Positions 7,904 through 12,133 of a stretch of DNA of 12,133 nucleotides are shown here, piece by piece (positions within the stretch are counted from its first letter, which is position 1; each line of letters opens with the position of its first letter). Below the pieces are notes generated by a model, which ran no database searches, had not been told where the DNA came from, and saw nothing but the letters and a program-made list of their open reading frames with translations. Origin of the DNA: Azolla caroliniana (Eukaryota; Plantae; Polypodiophyta); NCBI GenBank assembly GCA_043228905.1, contig JBHGNT010001094.1:1-12133 (forward strand), read 5' to 3'. The position numbers and the translations under genes were made by a program.

Positions 7904-8177
7904 CACGCACTGCACGCCGCCATATGCCATTTGCACCTTTGTGGTATAGTGTGTCCTGTAATAGACAGAAGTGCCGGCTTTGAACCGCTAAGCGTTTCCT
8001 TTCGTCTTTGTTCATCTCCTCCGGGGGTAAACCGGTGCTCAGAAATTGGTGCATGTTGGTGAGCCACTTGTCTTCCTCTGCGACCGAACTATCCGTTGCC
8101 GTTTTTGCTGTGACTCTAAACAGCTTTGCATCCGGAATGTCGTTTGGGACTCCGTCACCGGTTTCGCCGGAATCCAA
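7904..8177 (-). pseudogene. Host RNase H-integrase linker, cut by the nested insertion
   Basis: Reads ...FCLLQDTLYHKGANGIWRRAVR and then runs into LTR sequence. The frame resumes at 3845. Confidence 0.85.
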
Positions 8178-8792
8178 CTAGCTTAAATAGTCCGCTACCG
8201 CATGTTGTATGCTAGGTTAGTGGAATATCTCGAACTCGAATTCTTGCAGTTGTAACGTCCACCGGGCCAGCTTACCAGTGAGTGATGCTTTGGATACCAA
8301 ATAGAGGAGCGCCGAATGATCTACGTGAAAGGAAAATTTCCTTCCCAACAGATAGTGTCTAAACTTGGTGACACTGTAGATCATACCCAAAGCCTCCCTT
8401 TCCGTCGTGGAATAATTACGTTCCGCTTGGGACAGCTTCCGGCTAGCATAATAGACTGGCTGGTACCATTTCGGTTATGTCATTTGCATTAGTGCGCTCC
8501 CGATTGGGATGTCGTACGCGTTAACGAACACATGGAACTCTTGGGACCAATCCGGAGGTTGCACCACCGGCGCTTGTGACAACAGTACTTTTAGTGCCCG
8601 GTAAGCCTGGTCTTCTGTGTCCGTCCATCGGAACGATGTCCGATGAACCGCGGCATACAGTAGTGTAGCCAGGTCTGCCAGATACCGGAGCATTCGGCTA
8701 TGCCACCGAATTTGTCTTAAGAACCAGCTTAGTGCATTTGCCGTGGCTAGTGCCGATGCCTCCAGGATTGCTTTTACTTTGTCCGGATCCAC
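8178..8792 (-). pseudogene. Host RT connection domain and Ty3-type RNase H
   Basis: FHVFVNAY (first catalytic D replaced by N), YASRKLSQAERNYSTTEREALG, HVDHSALLYL, LARWTLQLQEF, HAVADYLS. In-frame stops at 8475, 8217 and 8178. Confidence 0.92.
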
Positions 8793-9464
8793 TGCGATAC
8801 CATCCTTGCTTACTATATGGCCTAGTAACGCTCAGCTGGTTACTCCGAACACGCATTTTGCCGGGTTCAAGCTTAGTCGGTAAACCCTACATTTTTCTAG
8901 GCATAGTCAGAGGTGCTGAAGGTGATCCCCTTCCTGGCTATAAACAACAAAGTCATCCAAGAACACCTGCATGAATGCCGGAATGAATTCCCTGAAAATT
9001 TCCATGATGATCCGCTGGAAGGTTGCCGGTGTCGTTTTCAGTTCGAACATCATCACTATGGCAACAAAGACTCCCCATTCGGTGACAAAAGTAGTTTTCT
9101 CCTGGTTAGCGGGGTGCATCCGGATTTGATTATAGCCGTTGAAACCGTCCAGAAAACTATACACCTTATGACCGGCGACCGCATCTAGGACTCCATCCGT
9201 GAATGGAAGTGGGAAGGCGTCCGTTACCGTAGCCACATTCAATTTCCGGTAGTCGACACACACTCTGATCTTACCGTTCTTTTTGCGTACTACGACTATC
9301 GGGCTGAGCCATGTGGCTTTCTTTACCGGTCGGATGAAGCCCACTCTTAGCAAATTGTCGATTTCTTCTTTGACTTTTGCTGCGTAATTCGGGTTCATCC
9401 GGTAACGTCGTTGCGCTACCGGTTTGGCGTCTTTACTCAGATGTATCTGGTGTTGATATAACTA
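8793..9464 (-). pseudogene. Host reverse transcriptase
   Basis: WLSPIVVVRKKNGKIRVCVDYRKLN, FLDGFNGYNQI, MFELKT (degenerate MPFGL), QVFLDDF, LNPAKCVFG, LLGHIVS. Stops at 9462, 8907 and 8832. Confidence 0.95.
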
Positions 9465-9983
9465 AGGATCGAGTCTCGACATGTCCTCGTAGGACCAAGT
9501 GAACAAATCGTGAAATTCTTTAAGGAGTGTGATCATTGCCGTTTTGTTCTCCGAAGTCATTTCCTTGGCGATGTGCACCGGTCTTGTGTCCTTTGTGGTG
9601 CCTAGGTTTACTTCTTCTAGTTGGGATGCTTTCACGCATTGTGATACTGCCATTTCTTTCTCCAGTGCCTCTTGTGCTTGCCGTAATTCCCGGATTGCTT
9701 CTTTATCCGGTTCCTCGTCGATCCTGTCCGGTTGCAGTATGTATGGTGACACTGCTTCGGCTACATCAATCTCGAACAAAGGTACGATCTTCGGATTTTC
9801 CTGTAAGTATTGATCGACCTCTTCGTCCGCCAATCCTCCCAGCATGTTGACACATTCCGCATATAGCGGCGTTGATTCCTTGCCGGTACCGGATCGTGGT
9901 TGAGTCAGTACTCGTACTTTTGCTTTTCCACGCCGGAACGTAATTATATTCTTCCTCCAGTTTTGCTTTATGTGTGCTATTTT

Positions 9984-10394
9984 TAACCAAGGGCGTCCCA
10001 AAAGTAGTGGGTACGCTCCTTGAGCCTATAGCTGGAGAACTACTATGGAAATGCGAAATGTGTGACCCCCGATGGTCACTTCCAGATCGCGTATTAATCC
10101 GGTCGGCCGTACTGAGCTCGTGTCCGCCATCCGAAGCCAAAACGGGCACGGTTCCCAGTCTTGGATTCCTAGCGTGTTACACGTTCGGAGGCTGATCATG
10201 TTCACGCCGGATCCTCCATCGATAATCGTGCCTGGTAGCTCCTTTCCCTTCATGATGGCTGTGATTGCCGGACTACTTGTGTCCACCACTGTTGGTCCTT
10301 CCTCCGGATTTGAAAAGAATGTCAGAGCCGGTGGTGTGTCAGTTGTCGTCCTTCTGGTCTTCAACCCTTCCGTGAAGCGTGGTACCAGTTGCAA
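9984..10394 (-). pseudogene. Host aspartic protease (retropepsin)
   Basis: IIDGGSGVNMI catalytic-type motif, then LRMAD and YPLLLGRPWL. In-frame TAG at 10026-10028 and a frameshift relative to gag near 10400. Confidence 0.88.
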
Positions 10395-10399
10395 TAGCC

Positions 10400-12133
10400 A
10401 GCCTGACAGGTTGAGTTTTTGGGCTGCCTTGGGCTGGTGAGCTCTCCAACATTCTCTTTTTGTTGTTCGAGCTGTGTTGCATTCCGCTCATTTGCCTTCT
10501 TCACCCATTCGGTTGCCTGCTTCTGGATGGCTTCTTGAGTTTCCCACTCTGTGGCTTTGGCTTTTGATCTTGTAGTGAGTTGTTGTATGTCTGCGACTTC
10601 CGCGTCTACCATGGTCACCGTTGGTCACTTGTCATAGCTCTTCGCTGGACATTGATTACTATAGTGGCCTTCTTGCCGGCAATAATAGCAGTACGACTTT
10701 TGTGCGTTGCTAGATTCGGAGTGTGTGGTTGGTGGAGGATCGGGGGTAAGTGCTTGGATTTGGTCCAATTGGCTGCTCGGAGCGCCCTTTTCTGGTTCTC
10801 GTGGATGACCTCCCTTTTGGTTGAAATGACGTTTCTTACTGAAATTCTTTTTGTTGCGGTAACCTTGACGGTGTTGGTCATCATACTTGCCATAGTCATC
10901 CCTTTGGTGGTTGTAACCAGGGGAGTGATCCTGGTTGTATCTCTCGTACCGTCCATTATAGTCATGGTATCTATCCTGTATGTCATACCGGTCATAAGCG
11001 TCTCTTCGATCGTTGTACCGGACATCTTGTGCCAGTCGGTAGCGCTCCTCTCCCCGCCAACATTCTTCTTCTTCCTCCTAGTTGCTCCATGGTTCAATTT
11101 TCCGAACTGGTGGTGCTTGCCGATTTAACAAGTTATACTCACACCGTTCCATTGTGTGACTTCTGGAGTGGCAGAGCAAGCATTGGGAACGCATGGTGCA
11201 TTCCAGCGCCGAATGTCTGGCATTCAGGCATGTCGTACACTGAACTGCTTGCCGGAAATGGAGGTCCTCTTCCGTTGGTAGTGCCCGCTGAAGGGCGCCC
11301 ATGGTTAGCCATGAACTTGAGGTTTCCATTTCCCGAACTTGGTCGATCACTTGATCTATGCTGCTGGTGCGGAAATCAATAACGGTGCACACCGTACGTA
11401 AGGGTTCCTGGAGGGCTGCTAAGAATATGACCTTTGTTTCTTCCTCCGGTGGTGTCCGGCTGAGCTGACTGTGGATCCGCTGGAACCGGATGACAAACTG
11501 CTGAATGTTCTCCGTTGGTTCCTACCGGATGTTGTAAAATAAGCCTACCATTTCCCGTTGGTCCATCTCCTTGTGAAAGAAATGCAAAAATTTTGTCTTT
11601 AATGTTTCAAACGTGGGGATGGTGCTGGGATCTTGTGTTCGGTGCCATCTGGCGGCCGGTCCCTCCAAGGTCATGCCGAACTCTGCCCTTTTTGAGCGTT
11701 CCTCTTCGGCTGCATTTAAGTGTTGGGACACATGATTCGCCTCCCAAGTCTGCTAAAACGCATGGACGTGGGCTTCCGCGTCTGGATCATCCCAGTATCT
11801 GGGATATTGGAATAACATATCATCGTCTGGTGTCGGTACACAGGCTGGTGGTGTCTGTGGTCGTTCCTCCGGTTTTGGTGTCAGAGGTTTTTCCCGGTCT
11901 TCTGTCGCCGTCAGAGATCTTTCCTGCTCCTTCTTTGGTGTCGATGGCTTCTCCTCCTGGACTTCCGGTGTCGGAGGTCTCTCGTCCTCGACTTTTGGTT
12001 CCGGAGTATGGTCAACTTCCGGTATCGGAGTTTCCAGCTTTGTCAATTCTGGTTTCGGTGTCGGCAAGGTATCCGACTCCTTGTGCTCTGGTCCGCCTGG
12101 GGTGTCGTTACTATTGCGGTAGTTCGTTTGCAT
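10400..12133 (-). pseudogene. gag: Host gag: Pro/Glu/Thr/Lys-rich N-terminus, retrotransposon capsid-like domain, three CCHC zinc knuckles
   Basis: One reading frame runs through ORFs 11753..12133, 11522..11731, 11078..11392 and 10361..10618, with in-frame stops at 11753, 11522, 11078 and 10625. Capsid-like motifs: LEGPAARW, FETLKTKFL, ENIQQFVIRF. Knuckles: CTTCLNARHSALEC and CLLCHSRSHTMERC (11141-11239), CYYCRQEGHYSNQC (10649-10690). Confidence 0.88.

Larger units (their letters stand above)
1..12133 (-). mobile_element. Degenerate Ty3/Gypsy LTR retrotransposon internal region (host element, interrupted at 3846-7903; LTRs outside the window), probably non-chromovirus type with an extra 3' ORF
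   Basis: Minus-strand domain order Gag-PR-RT-RH-IN is diagnostic of Ty3/Gypsy. The integrase has a GPY motif and no recognisable chromodomain. Multiple premature stops and frameshifts. Confidence 0.95.

Noticed and set aside
10580-11128. ORFs 10580..11128 (+) and 10615..11097 (-)
   Set aside because: Antisense and alternate-frame shadows. The true gag frame is the one containing CYYCRQEGHYSNQC.

Overview
Eukaryotic, probably land-plant, retrotransposon DNA with no host gene. Most of the window is the internal region of a decayed Ty3/Gypsy LTR retrotransposon on the minus strand, in the order gag (three CCHC knuckles)-protease-RT-RNase H-integrase. A long extra coiled-coil ORF follows pol. 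This element has many in-frame stops and a few frameshifts, and its LTRs lie outside the window. A younger 4057-bp LTR element is inserted in the opposite orientation at the start of its integrase (3846-7902). The insert has two 964-bp LTRs about 98% identical, a tRNA-Trp PBS, a PPT, a CACGC target duplication, and one uninterrupted 683-aa Gag-zinc knuckle-protease ORF with no RT, RNase H or integrase. The most unusual observation is that each LTR of this small element carries three tRNA-like A-box/B-box modules, two antisense and one sense. One module retains D-, anticodon- and T-arms at canonical spacing. This suggests a non-autonomous gag-pro retroelement with Pol III-type promoters in its LTRs. 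All counts were made by eye and no database searches were run.
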